This document shows positions 1 to 10,094 of a stretch of DNA of 64,000 nt, in pieces. Position 1 is the stretch's first letter; each line of letters opens with the position of its first letter. This stretch comes from an uncultured Acidimicrobiia bacterium (lineage in GTDB: Bacteria; Acidobacteriota; Terriglobia; Versatilivoradales; Versatilivoraceae), in assembly GCA_963786955.1 (NCBI GenBank), contig CAWBAT010000004.1, positions 704,001 to 768,000 on the forward strand. The letters are read 5' to 3'. The notes below the pieces were generated by a model. The model saw only the letters and a program-made list of their open reading frames with translations. It was not told the DNA's origin and made no database searches. The translations under genes and the position numbers were made by a program.

Positions 1-156
1 GGCTTCCAGCGCTCCCTTAATGACGAGTTTTATCCTCTCCTTTTCCTTGTCGCTGTCCAAGCTGAGTTGCATGAGTTCGGCATATGCAAGAACTTGGGCT
101 ACCTTGTTATTGAGTTGATGAAGTGAATCTCTCGTCTTGTTCAAGTCCAGTTTCAT
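1..156 (-). CDS. Partial protein starting with a HisKA-like helix (runs off the window edge)
   Basis: Hand-translated MKLDLNKTRDSLHQLNNKVAQVLAYAELMQLSL... with an H-box-like HQLNN motif. SD-like AAGGGTGG upstream. Directly follows the NtrC gene. Confidence 0.6.
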   Translation of the reverse strand, partial: MKLDLNKTRDSLHQLNNKVAQVLAYAELMQLSLDSDKEKERIKLVIKGALEA

Positions 157-183
157 TTGACCACCCTTAACACCGATAGAGTC

Positions 184-1596
184 TTAAGCAAAGTGTCCTT
201 TTTCCGCCGCCGATTCATTGGTGAGATCAAAGCGTCTTAATTTCTCGATGAGGGTGGTCCTCTTCAGGTTAAGGAGCCTGGCAGCTTGATTTTTGTTCCC
301 TCCAGTTTTTTCCAAGCTCTGCAGAATCAGTTCCTTTTCCAGCTTGGCAATCTTGCCATTTAGATCAATCCCTTCATCTGGAATGAAAATATCCGACAAG
401 GAAAAATTCGTTTTGGAATCCTGGATCTCACTGGGCAAGTCTGATGACAAAACAATGTTGCGGGTTCCGAGGAGCGCAACGGCTCTTTCGATCGCATTTT
501 CGAGTTGCCGGATATTTCCGGGCCAAGAGTAACTCATCAACAATTTCATTGCGTCTTGAGAAACTGATTTTGTTTCGACGTTTCCGCAGAATTTCTTAAT
601 GAAATGGCGCGCCAGCACCGGGATATCTTCTCGTCTTTCTCGAAGGGGTGGCAACTGGATACGAATGACATTCAACCGGTAATAAAGATCACTTCGAAAC
701 AGGTTCTGCTCCACCATTCCCTTTAGATCAGCGCTGGTGGCGGCAATGATCCGTACATCGACTCGAATCGTCTCCGTTCCCCCCACCCGTTCAAATTCTC
801 TCTCCTGAAGCACCCGAAGCAATTTCACCTGTAATGAGGGGCTCATGTTCCCGATTTCGTCGAGAAAGATTGTACCTTTATCCGCCTGTTCGAATCTGCC
901 GATCCGCGTTTGGTGTGCACCAGTAAAAGCACCTTTGGCATGACCGAACAGTTCGCTTTCCAGCAACGTCTCTGGGATCGCTCCACAATTGATACTGACA
1001 ATTTTCTGTTCCTTGCGTGGGCTGTTGAAATGAATTGCTTTGGCGATGAGTTCTTTGCCGGTTCCCGTTTCTCCTGCGATCAGGACAGTGCTGGCGGTCG
1101 CGGAAATCGTCTCGACGAGTTGGAAGATCTCCTGGATCCTTTTACTGTTCCCGACGATACTCTCGATCTTGTATTTTTCTTTGAGCTGAGTCTTCAGATA
1201 GGCATTCTCTTCTCTGAGCCGACGCTTTTCCAACGCTTGCCTCACAACATGGGAGATTTCCAGCAATTGGAAAGGTTTGGCAATATAATCGTAGGCGCCT
1301 TTCTTCATGACCTGAACGGCGCTTTCGACGGTTCCATAGCCAGTAATGATAATACAGATCAATTCCGGATAGAGAGTCAATGCGCCCTGCAAAACGGCGG
1401 TCCCATCAATTCCCGGGAGCTTCATGTCGGTCAGAAGGATATCGAAGGGAAGGGTCTTGAGTAGCTCGAGAGCCTCTTCTCCATTGGATGAAGCCTGGAC
1501 TTGGTATCCCTCTTCGGTGAGATAATCCATAATGGCATTTCGAAAATCCGTCTCATCGTCGACGATCAGTATGGACTCAGATTTTGTTTTTTCCAT
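184..1596 (-). CDS. Sigma-54-dependent NtrC-family response regulator (REC-AAA+-Fis HTH)
   Basis: Receiver LTDMKLPG, Walker A GETGTGKE, GAFTGA loop, C-terminal NKNQAARLL HTH. Confidence 0.95.
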   Translation of the reverse strand: MEKTKSESILIVDDETDFRNAIMDYLTEEGYQVQASSNGEEALELLKTLPFDILLTDMKLPGIDGTAVLQGALTLYPELICIIITGYGTVESAVQVMKKGAYDYIAKPFQLLEISHVVRQALEKRRLREENAYLKTQLKEKYKIESIVGNSKRIQEIFQLVETISATASTVLIAGETGTGKELIAKAIHFNSPRKEQKIVSINCGAIPETLLESELFGHAKGAFTGAHQTRIGRFEQADKGTIFLDEIGNMSPSLQVKLLRVLQEREFERVGGTETIRVDVRIIAATSADLKGMVEQNLFRSDLYYRLNVIRIQLPPLRERREDIPVLARHFIKKFCGNVETKSVSQDAMKLLMSYSWPGNIRQLENAIERAVALLGTRNIVLSSDLPSEIQDSKTNFSLSDIFIPDEGIDLNGKIAKLEKELILQSLEKTGGNKNQAARLLNLKRTTLIEKLRRFDLTNESAAEKGHFA

Positions 1597-1647
1597 TGTT
1601 GCATTCCCTACCGGCTTGAAGACCTTTTCTTTTCGGAATCCGTTGAA

Positions 1648-4434
1648 CTAGGATCGCCTCAGCACAGACTGTACGGCGTTCAAGAGGTCCTGCATTTGAC
1701 AAGGCTTCGGGAGAACGAGAGTGATTCCCGATTCTCTAACTCTGGCATCATCCAACTGGATACTCCACCCGCTTAACAAGACGATAGGTACTTTCTGATT
1801 GGTGGCACGGATTGTCTTGGCGATTTCCCAGCCTGTCATTCCAGGCAATCCTAAGTCTGAAAAAATCACATCATAATGGCCTGCCTTAAATAAGGCAATA
1901 GCTTCCGGTCCATTCGCCGCTACATCCACCGAGTGACCCTGCATTGTAAACATCTCAGCCATGAAATCGCGAATCACGTCTTCGTCATCGATCACCAAGA
2001 TTCGGATTTTTTCCTTTTGCGTGGCCACAGCTCTTGACCCAACGAGATCCGACGTTTTAAGAGCGGCCGGTAAAGAAATGATGCAAGTCGTTCCGCGACC
2101 CAGGAAACTAAATACTTTAATATCCCCATGGTGCCGCCGAACAATACCATAGGTAACACTCATTCCGAGCCCTGTTCCTTTAGGACCTTTGGTTGAAAAG
2201 AAAGGATCAAAAATCTTACGCTTCACTTCATCGGACATTCCAATGCCGGTATCGACGATTTTTATAGTCACCGTTGGATACGGATCGGCCTGTTCCGTCG
2301 CCGTCGTAATTCGAATCGTTCCGCCATCCGGCATCGCATCCAGAGAATTTCGGAGGATGTTCCTCACTGCTTCTATCAACTCGGACCGATTCCCCGAAAC
2401 AGGCGGAATATTGCCAGGGTCGAATAGGACTTCGAGCCGGATCCCTTCCGCTTCAAATTGGTCGCGCCAAATAGGCTGGATGCTTTTGACCGCCTCTTCG
2501 ACCACTTCATTCAACGCGACCTCTTGAAAAAACTGGTCGGCGCGGATGCGTGTAAAATCCTGTATTCTTCGAACCGTCTGGGCGCCTTGAATGCTCTTGC
2601 CTTCAATGGTCTTGAGATCCGCTTTCAAACTCTGAACATCCACCCCTGTCCCTCCTTCAATTTGCTTCAAAAGCAGTTGGGTTTTGCCCAAAATGCCAGC
2701 CAGCAGATTATTAAAATCATGGGCCACCCCGTTAGCCATTTCGCCCAGTGCTGTGAGGCGCTCGAGTTCGACAATCTGATTCTGTAACTTCCGCTGCTCA
2801 GTAACATCTTTACCGACGAATAGCCAGGCAAAAAGCCGCCCTTCTGCGGTGTAAACTGGAGTTGTCGAGATCTCGAAGTACCCTTTCAGCCGTTTGTCCT
2901 CAAACTCGACGGAAATCACTTTGTCCTTCACGTACATTTCCTCTTTCTGATGATGACACCAGGGAGATTGCGGATCTTGAAACAACTCCTCTGCTTTGCG
3001 ATTCACCATATCTCTCGGCTGTAGATTCAGCCGCCGCGCAAGCGCCTGATTTACCCGAATGATCACCCCTTCCGAATCTTGCGTATGAATGAGTTCTGTC
3101 ATCGTGTCAAACGTGGTTTCCCATTCCCTTTTGGCATCACGCACCACATTGAACAGTTTGGCGTTCCCGAGAGCCACGCTGATCTGTTTTCCGATCGCGT
3201 TCAGAATTTCAGTTTCGTCCGCCTTCAAATCCTTTCGAACGTGCCTCCCCCCGAACAAAAACCCCATTAATTCTTCATTGAAGAAGAGCGGGAGCAGGAG
3301 ATACGAGCGGACCCGTTCTTCGGCGCAAAGTTCCACAAACTTGTCGAATGAAGCGGAGACGGGGTCGTCCTCCATTTCACGATTCGTCAAGGGTTGTTTC
3401 AACTCTTTCAGCCCCGAAAGCAAGTTCCTCAAAAGTGATTTCTCTTCCAGCCGAGCAATGAACTTGGTCGAAAGATTGTGGAGGGAGGCCATGCGGAAAA
3501 CGGTCTCGTCAAAGGTAGCAATCAGAACCGCACCACAGCTCAAAACTGCCAACTCACAGAATCGCTCTAGTGAGACTTTGGAAATTTCATCAATGTCGAG
3601 GGTATGCGAAACAGCGGAAGATACCGACACGACCGCCGTTAACTCTCGATTCTTCTGCAATATTTGCTTTTCAAGAGCAACTCGTTGCGTGCAATCCCGG
3701 GCAATTCCTTGGTAGGCTATGACTTTATTCTGCGAAACAATCTTTGAAAGGCTCAGCTCGAGATTTCGCGCCTCCCCTTGCTTTGTCATGATTTCCAACT
3801 CAATCAAGTTCCTGCTGTCCCCTAGCCGCTGAGGGTGCAGTAGATCTTCAAGCCTTAACGGATCGCCCGGCCTCAGAAAGTCAGCCAAATTTCTGCCCAT
3901 GATTTCCTCGGGGGAGTAACCCAAGAATTCGCGGACACGGGAAGTCACAAAGCTGATATTCCGAGAAATGTCCATCATGAAGATCAAGTCATTGGCGTTT
4001 TCTGCAAGGTTCTTGTATCGCTCCTCGGCTTCTTTGAGCTGGCCTTCCAAATTGGATTTTTCTATGGCACTTTCCAGGATCTGAGGCAACTTAAGAAGAA
4101 AGCCTTTGCTCTTGACCACATATTCATTTGCACCGGCCTTCATGGCTCGAACCGCAATTTCTTCGTCTCCCTGCCCAGTGACCATAATGAGTGGGTGCGA
4201 CCAACCCCGGCGGCGGATTTCCTCAATGAGCTCAACCCCGTTCATCCCCGGAAGGTTATAGTCCAAGATCACAGCGGAGCAATCTTCTTCGGAAAAACCG
4301 CGGATACATTCCTCGCCGGTTGACACGGTGTGGACCTGAATTTCCTCAATATGCTTGCGGAGGCTCTTCTCTATCGCGAATGCTTGGTGGGGATTGTCTT
4401 CAACGACTAAAATCTTGAGCGGGTAAGAAATCAT
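1648..4434 (-). CDS. Hybrid sensor histidine kinase (REC-PAS-GAF-PAS-HisKA-HATPase-REC)
   Basis: N-terminal ILDYNLPG receiver, AHDFNNLL H-box, DTGIGM and GTGLG boxes, C-terminal FSDLGLPG receiver. Confidence 0.93.
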   Translation of the reverse strand: MISYPLKILVVEDNPHQAFAIEKSLRKHIEEIQVHTVSTGEECIRGFSEEDCSAVILDYNLPGMNGVELIEEIRRRGWSHPLIMVTGQGDEEIAVRAMKAGANEYVVKSKGFLLKLPQILESAIEKSNLEGQLKEAEERYKNLAENANDLIFMMDISRNISFVTSRVREFLGYSPEEIMGRNLADFLRPGDPLRLEDLLHPQRLGDSRNLIELEIMTKQGEARNLELSLSKIVSQNKVIAYQGIARDCTQRVALEKQILQKNRELTAVVSVSSAVSHTLDIDEISKVSLERFCELAVLSCGAVLIATFDETVFRMASLHNLSTKFIARLEEKSLLRNLLSGLKELKQPLTNREMEDDPVSASFDKFVELCAEERVRSYLLLPLFFNEELMGFLFGGRHVRKDLKADETEILNAIGKQISVALGNAKLFNVVRDAKREWETTFDTMTELIHTQDSEGVIIRVNQALARRLNLQPRDMVNRKAEELFQDPQSPWCHHQKEEMYVKDKVISVEFEDKRLKGYFEISTTPVYTAEGRLFAWLFVGKDVTEQRKLQNQIVELERLTALGEMANGVAHDFNNLLAGILGKTQLLLKQIEGGTGVDVQSLKADLKTIEGKSIQGAQTVRRIQDFTRIRADQFFQEVALNEVVEEAVKSIQPIWRDQFEAEGIRLEVLFDPGNIPPVSGNRSELIEAVRNILRNSLDAMPDGGTIRITTATEQADPYPTVTIKIVDTGIGMSDEVKRKIFDPFFSTKGPKGTGLGMSVTYGIVRRHHGDIKVFSFLGRGTTCIISLPAALKTSDLVGSRAVATQKEKIRILVIDDEDVIRDFMAEMFTMQGHSVDVAANGPEAIALFKAGHYDVIFSDLGLPGMTGWEIAKTIRATNQKVPIVLLSGWSIQLDDARVRESGITLVLPKPCQMQDLLNAVQSVLRRS

Positions 4435-4689
4435 TGGACCGACGGCGTTACGACAAAGTGGAATTTATCCGTGACTGCATTGACCTGAGAATTTTCAAGT
4501 AAACCATTGCCAGAACCCTTCAGAATCGGCACACTCCTCCCTGCACGATCACTAAGAATCTAATCGACAGAAAATCTTCTTCTTCTTATAAAATAATACT
4601 TGAAGTACCCGTGAAACTGGGTTGGAAGCTGCATCCTAGGAATAGCGGTGGGTAGTGGAAATTCCAATGTCAGGAGAGAGGTTATTCTA

Positions 4690-5139
4690 ATGACCATTCC
4701 AGAACGGATTCAAAAAGAGCTTACAGAGGCGATGAAAGCCAGGGAATCGCTAAAAATTGATGTCCTGCGCGGCATAAAAACGGCCCTAAAACTGAAGGAG
4801 GTTGAGAAAATCCGGGCTTTATCAGACCTCGAGGTCTTACAAGTAATACAGACCCTGCTGAAGCAGCGAAAAGACTCGATCGAACAATTCACCCTGGGAG
4901 GAAGAAGTGACTTAGTTGCCCGCGAGCAAGCCGAGGTTAAGATTCTAGAAGACTACTTGCCTGCGCCGGTTAGTGAGAACGAGCTAAGAGCGGTTATTGG
5001 GGAGGTCATTTCGGAACTTCAGGCGAGCAGTGGTAAAGACATCGGTCGGGTTATGAAGACGGTCATGAACCGATTTGCTGGGAAGAATGTGGACGGGAAA
5101 ACGGTGAATGAAATGGTCCGAGCCCTACTCGGAAGCTGA
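4690..5139 (+). CDS. GatB/YqeY domain protein
   Basis: LTEAMKA...KQRKDSIEQF...GR.DL..E..E...YLP...GKDIGRVMK pattern; ATG at 4690 after a purine-rich SD-like stretch. Confidence 0.9.
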   Translation: MTIPERIQKELTEAMKARESLKIDVLRGIKTALKLKEVEKIRALSDLEVLQVIQTLLKQRKDSIEQFTLGGRSDLVAREQAEVKILEDYLPAPVSENELRAVIGEVISELQASSGKDIGRVMKTVMNRFAGKNVDGKTVNEMVRALLGS

Positions 5140-5151
5140 GTACCCGCGCGC

Positions 5152-5955
5152 CTAGTGGATACGTGTTCCGGAACCAGCCATTGCTGAACTAATCGGCTTG
5201 CGAACCCGGGCATCGGCAAATACCACCTCTCTCACCCCTTCTCGAATGGCTTCTACAGCTCCAAGCACTTTCTTTTTCATCCGCCCTTGGGCGAAATGCG
5301 CGTACTGTTCAATCTCGCTGATCCGAATTTCTGAAATTAAACTGGATTCATCCTTCACATCTCGCAAGAGGCCGGGAACATTGGATAGGATGATCATCTT
5401 CTCCACTTTAAGAGCTGCCGCCAACATGGCTGCAGCTCTGTCCCCGTCGACATTGATCGCTTCGCCGTCATAACTGATCGCTGGCGGACATAACACGATT
5501 GTAAAATTGTTCTCCATCAGTAATCGAATCAAAGGAAGATTGATTTTTTCAACTTTGCCTGTGTAATCGTCTCGTAAGACTCTTTTCTTCCCATTTTCTA
5601 CGATAAGAATGGTCGACTTCCGAATCCCCTCCCAGATTCGGCCATCAATGCCTGACAAGCCAAGGGCATTAATACCAAGCCGCTGCAGTCTCTCCACAAT
5701 CCCCTTGTTGATCTTCCCGCAATAGACCATTTCAAAAATTTCCAAGGTTTCTCGGTCGGTATATCGAGATTCGTATCCGGAGACGGATGTGACCATCCGA
5801 GGAGGCTTCCCAAGTTTCTCAGAAAGGAGATTTGTCTCGGCCGAGCCCCCGTGAACGAGAATCGCCCGCTGGCCGGATTTTATCAGCGACGCCAGATCGT
5901 CGCAAACCGCATCATAATCAATCCCCAAACTCCCACCTACCTTAATTACAATCAT
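5152..5955 (-). CDS. lysZ: [LysW]-aminoadipate/glutamate kinase
   Basis: VIKVGGS, VHGGS, NVDGDRAA, GRMKKK amino-acid kinase motifs; clustered with lysW/X/Y. Confidence 0.88.
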   Translation of the reverse strand: MIVIKVGGSLGIDYDAVCDDLASLIKSGQRAILVHGGSAETNLLSEKLGKPPRMVTSVSGYESRYTDRETLEIFEMVYCGKINKGIVERLQRLGINALGLSGIDGRIWEGIRKSTILIVENGKKRVLRDDYTGKVEKINLPLIRLLMENNFTIVLCPPAISYDGEAINVDGDRAAAMLAAALKVEKMIILSNVPGLLRDVKDESSLISEIRISEIEQYAHFAQGRMKKKVLGAVEAIREGVREVVFADARVRKPISSAMAGSGTRIH

Positions 5956-5990
5956 CCATGCATCTCAACTTTCCTTTAGAGAAGGTTTGC

Positions 5991-7061
5991 TTACAGACTT
6001 TTCTGAATCCAATCGAGGACCATCTGCGACACTTCCGGACTGCCAGCGACGAGTCTTGAACCTTTCAAACTGGAGTCGTGGATGATCCGAATCTGGACGG
6101 GAAATCCTGTCCGTTTTTCGAGCTGTTGACAAGAATCGATTGCTGCTGGGTCTCCTTGAGCGGCGATAAACAAAATCGAGTGAGGCTGAAAATTTTGGAT
6201 TCCCTTGGCCCAGGTCTGGGCGATTTCAGCCGTCGGGGAGAGGGCGATTGCAGTCCGGATCTCCTCGAACTTACCAGAAGCAAAGTAAGCCAAATCGGCA
6301 CCGATTCCTCCACCCATACAAGCAATCCGGTTGAAGTCGACCCCCTCCTTTGACTTTAACCACTTCATTGCGGCCTCTATATCGGCCGGAAACTGAATCG
6401 GATCGGTGACCCCGCTCGGCAATGCCTGAACTTTATCGTTTCCATTTAAAGTGCTTTCGCCGTGGCCCCGCAAATCGAGATTCAAGACACCGAATCCTTT
6501 GGGTAGCAAATAGTTTTGGATAAAGGAATCCCAGGAATGACGTTCTTCACCAAGGCCATGAATTAACAGGACGGTCGGGAATTTTTCCTTGGCCCCTATC
6601 GGCTTATACCAATCTGCCACCAATTTAAAGGAAATGCTGCCCCCCGGTTCGATTTCGACCCGATCGGGACGATACGACAGATTTCCGGATTTCGTGTGGA
6701 TCTCTTCCACCAACCCTAGAGTCAGGAAGTTGTCAGCCCTGTCCAGATAACGACTTATCGTCTTCTTCTCCGAAGTCAAGGTTTTGGTTTCGGCATAGAC
6801 AATATAATCGATCTTCGGATCTAGCCCATAGATCGAAAATAATCCTGACTCATCCGAGGTCAATATGGTTGTCTTGTTTTTCGAAGCATCCCGAATAAAG
6901 ACTTTGGCCCCTGCGACGGGCTGATTGGTTTTGTCCACAACTTCACCCCGGATGGTTTTAGTCGGGGGTTCCTTTTTCTTCAGAGCCAGTACCTCACTGT
7001 CGTAAAAAGCGAGGAAAAGCAAGATCCCGATCATGAGCTTGGCGAAAATCCGATGATCCAT
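5991..7061 (-). CDS. Secreted protein: carboxypeptidase-regulatory-like domain plus alpha/beta-hydrolase fold
   Basis: Signal peptide, IRGEVVD..PVAGAKV beta-sandwich, LIHGLG and DLRGHGES hydrolase motifs; nucleophile elbow reads GGGIG. Confidence 0.75.
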   Translation of the reverse strand: MDHRIFAKLMIGILLFLAFYDSEVLALKKKEPPTKTIRGEVVDKTNQPVAGAKVFIRDASKNKTTILTSDESGLFSIYGLDPKIDYIVYAETKTLTSEKKTISRYLDRADNFLTLGLVEEIHTKSGNLSYRPDRVEIEPGGSISFKLVADWYKPIGAKEKFPTVLLIHGLGEERHSWDSFIQNYLLPKGFGVLNLDLRGHGESTLNGNDKVQALPSGVTDPIQFPADIEAAMKWLKSKEGVDFNRIACMGGGIGADLAYFASGKFEEIRTAIALSPTAEIAQTWAKGIQNFQPHSILFIAAQGDPAAIDSCQQLEKRTGFPVQIRIIHDSSLKGSRLVAGSPEVSQMVLDWIQKSL

Positions 7062-7098
7062 TGCCGTCTCCATTCCCCGAGGATACTGCACTAAAAGG

Positions 7099-7494
7099 CT
7101 ATTTCTTCGACGACTCTAACTCAAATTTCAGGATAATGTTCTGTCGCTCGTCCTGTACAAACGAAACCGTTCCCTGGGATGATGCGAACCCTGCCCGTGT
7201 CCCATGAACTACGAAAGTATGGCGACCGGGCGGAAGACGCAGCGCAAATTCACCTCGTGCATCGGAGACCGTTTGCCACTTCTTCACTTTGCCGTGCTTT
7301 TCTTCATTCGTTTGCATCTCTACGCGAATCGTTGCTCCAGGCAAGCTAAATCCCTCGTCATTGGTGCAAGTCCCCACCAGAAGGGCAAAGGGTTCCGGTT
7401 CCTTTTCTTTTGCCACTAGGCTGGCTTCCTGCAAGAAAATAAGAACTCCACAAAGCCCCATCCCTAGGACTGTTTTTTTCCAGGGCCCACTCAT
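7099..7494 (-). CDS. Secreted carboxypeptidase-regulatory-like domain protein
   Basis: Signal peptide; G..LPGATIRV...SDARGEFALRLPPG motif; start codon uncertain. Confidence 0.75.
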   Translation of the reverse strand: MSGPWKKTVLGMGLCGVLIFLQEASLVAKEKEPEPFALLVGTCTNDEGFSLPGATIRVEMQTNEEKHGKVKKWQTVSDARGEFALRLPPGRHTFVVHGTRAGFASSQGTVSFVQDERQNIILKFELESSKK

Positions 7495-7597
7495 TTTCTT
7501 TCTTGTGGCGCTCATCATTCCATGGCACATGCTGAAACTTACCCCAAAAAACGGATGCTTAAAAGTAACACACCATCTCCGGGCCTGCATCTCGGGC

Positions 7598-8641
7598 TTA
7601 GATGGGGTGGAGTCCCGCAAATTCCAATCCGGTCTGCTCTTCCCAACGGTACATCACGTTCATGGCCTGTACCCCATTCCCGGCAGCCCCTTTCATCAAA
7701 TTATCCAGCGCCGAAAGAACGACGAGTCTGTTTTCGTGCGGGTCAAGTTCGAATCCGACATCACAATAATTTGAACCAATTAATAATTTGGGTTCAGGGT
7801 AACGGTAGATCCCGTTCTTTTCTTTGACAATTCGAATAAAGGGCTCATCCCGGTAAACGCTCCGATAGATCTTCCACAATTCTCTTTCCTCGGTTGATTG
7901 CCGGAGGGAGACATGGGCAGTGGAAAGAATACCTCGCACCGCATCGGTGGCCGTAGCTGAGAAATGAATGCGAGGAGTCTCTCCCTCAAAAGTCAGTTCC
8001 TGCCGAATTTCCGCCGTATGTCGATGGCCTGTGGGTTGGAACGAACGCATGGCTCCGCTCCGTTCGGGATGATGAGAAGATAGGCTGGATTTGTTTCCGG
8101 CGGCAGACGATCCGACTTTGCCTTCGATATAAACGTGGCTAGGGTCGGCTATTCCACTCTTAAAGAGCGGATATAACCCCAGGATAGCCGCAGTGGCCAA
8201 ACAGCCAGCACCGGTCACCAGAGTCGCATTCCGGATCGCTTCACGATGTAATTCCGGGATGCCATAAACGGCTTGTTGCAAGTAGCTGGGGTTACTATGT
8301 TCATGTCCATACCAGACAGAATAATCCGCTCCATTGCGCAAACGAAAATCGGCAGAAAGGTCGATGGCTCGCTCAGCCAAAACCAGGAATTCGGAAATAC
8401 GTGTCATCGCCATGCCGTGGGGAAGACACAGGAATATTAGATCCGATTTTTTGAGGTCCGCACTGGCAATGAACTTTAAATCGGTACGCTTTCGCAAATT
8501 GGGGTGAACGGAATAGACAAATTTCCCGGCATTCGATTCGGAGGTTACCTGGCTCACCTCTACTTGAGGGTGACTCAACAAAAGCCGTAACGTCTCTCCA
8601 CCCGTATACCCTGAAGCACCGACGATAGAAACCGAAAGCAT
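7598..8641 (-). CDS. lysY: [LysW]-aminoadipyl-phosphate reductase (ArgC family)
   Basis: GASGYTG NADP-binding loop, GAGCLAT catalytic Cys, DNLMKGAAG; SD AGGAGG. Confidence 0.88.
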   Translation of the reverse strand: MLSVSIVGASGYTGGETLRLLLSHPQVEVSQVTSESNAGKFVYSVHPNLRKRTDLKFIASADLKKSDLIFLCLPHGMAMTRISEFLVLAERAIDLSADFRLRNGADYSVWYGHEHSNPSYLQQAVYGIPELHREAIRNATLVTGAGCLATAAILGLYPLFKSGIADPSHVYIEGKVGSSAAGNKSSLSSHHPERSGAMRSFQPTGHRHTAEIRQELTFEGETPRIHFSATATDAVRGILSTAHVSLRQSTEERELWKIYRSVYRDEPFIRIVKEKNGIYRYPEPKLLIGSNYCDVGFELDPHENRLVVLSALDNLMKGAAGNGVQAMNVMYRWEEQTGLEFAGLHPI

Positions 8642-8804
8642 GTTCCTCCTAGCAAACTACGTTTGATCGCTTCAATCCCTGCTGCCTCGTGGGTCCGGAG
8701 TGGAAGGTATCCCATAGATCTCCCTCCTTCGGGCTCCTGCCAATCAAAGCTTAACGGCCGCGAGGACACATTGTCGAGCAGGAAGACTCGAATGGCTGAA
8801 TGGA

Positions 8805-9653
8805 CTAGTCACCCGCGCTGGCGACCTGGATAACATAGTCGATCACTTTCGCAGGGATGTTGACTCCGGTGGTGTCGATAGAGTTTCTGAACTCCATCGT
8901 GTAATTGACTTCATTGACAAGGAGTCCACGTTCGGTCTCAAAAAGGTCAATAGCCAGCACACCGCCACCAACGGCCCGGGCTGCCTCCAAGGAAAGTCGA
9001 TTGAGTTCTGGGGTAATCAGGCAGTTCTGGGCTTTTCCGCCTCGCGCCGTATTCGTAATCCAATGAGAGGAATACCGGTAGATCGCACAGATCGTTTCGT
9101 CACCGACAACGAAGCTCCGGATATCCCTTCCTTCCTTGGGGATATACTCTTGAATATAGAAGATCGAATGGTGATAAGAGCCCAATATCTCCTTATGCTC
9201 AAGAATCGCCTCTGCAGCCTCCCGATCGTTGACCTTCGACAACAACCGCCCCCATGAACCAACCGCCGGCTTGAGTACCACAGGATAGCCCAACTCTTCA
9301 ATCGCCTGAAGCGCCGACTCCGGAGTGAATGCCAGAATCGTCTGGGGAGAAGGGACTCCTCTTTTGATCAATGCATTCGTGGTCAAGAACTTATTTCCGC
9401 ATGTATCCGCTACCTCGAAGCGGTTCACTGTCTTTACGCCCCAGTCATTCAATACTTTGAGAGCATAAAGCGCACGCGAGTGGTTGACACAGCGTTCGAG
9501 CACCACATCAAAATCCATGTGCTTGGAATTCAAGCGAAAAATCAGCTCGCGATCATCTAATATCTGAAGGTCGATTTGTCGAGAACGAAACTCGTCGATA
9601 AGAAGTTTCTCTTCCTTGCGAACAATCGAACATAAGAGTGCAATTTTCATCAT
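8805..9653 (-). CDS. lysX: LysW ligase (ATP-grasp, RimK/LysX family)
   Basis: [38 protein letters not shown] as in Thermus-type LysX. Confidence 0.92.
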   Translation of the reverse strand: MMKIALLCSIVRKEEKLLIDEFRSRQIDLQILDDRELIFRLNSKHMDFDVVLERCVNHSRALYALKVLNDWGVKTVNRFEVADTCGNKFLTTNALIKRGVPSPQTILAFTPESALQAIEELGYPVVLKPAVGSWGRLLSKVNDREAAEAILEHKEILGSYHHSIFYIQEYIPKEGRDIRSFVVGDETICAIYRYSSHWITNTARGGKAQNCLITPELNRLSLEAARAVGGGVLAIDLFETERGLLVNEVNYTMEFRNSIDTTGVNIPAKVIDYVIQVASAGD

Positions 9654-9660
9654 GATTGCC

Positions 9661-9729
9661 AAAAAATAAAAAAACCACAGCAGCTTCAAGACCCCCCTTT
9701 AGGGGTGTATCTTGATTTTGTCTGTGGTT
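9661..9729 (-). terminator. Probable intrinsic terminator between lysW and lysX
   Basis: Minus strand AACCACAG..TCAAGA..CCCCTAAAGGGG..TCTTGA..CTGTGGTT hairpin followed by TTTTTATTTTTT. Confidence 0.6.
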
Positions 9730-9779
9730 ACAAACACGAACACAGAGTCGAAAATCAAGGGAAGACGTCACTTTCCAGC

Positions 9780-9941
9780 CTATTCTCCCCAATCTTCCTC
9801 TTCTTGCGGCGCCACTTCTAACTCAACCGGATCTGTTCCGACCACTTCCAAATCCGCACCGCAATCGGGACAATTGACAATCTCACCTTTTTCGACATCT
9901 TCTAATTCGATATCTGCCTCGCACTCGGGACAGTATGCCAC
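9780..9941 (-). CDS. lysW: Amino-group carrier protein LysW (53 aa, absent from ORF track)
   Basis: GTG start after AAGGAGG; [53 protein letters not shown] has two CxxC motifs and the C-terminal EDWGE signature. Confidence 0.97.
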   Translation of the reverse strand: MAYCPECEADIELEDVEKGEIVNCPDCGADLEVVGTDPVELEVAPQEEEDWGE

Positions 9942-10094
9942 GACTCCTACCTCCTTAAACTTTCATAAAAATTCATCCGAGTGATCGACGAAGTTCCTGA
10001 ACTCAAGCGTCTCATCCAGGAATTATCCCCCTGCGCAGCCACTCGGATAGGAACCCTCAATCGATTCAAACAATAAAGGGCTCACCAATTCCTC

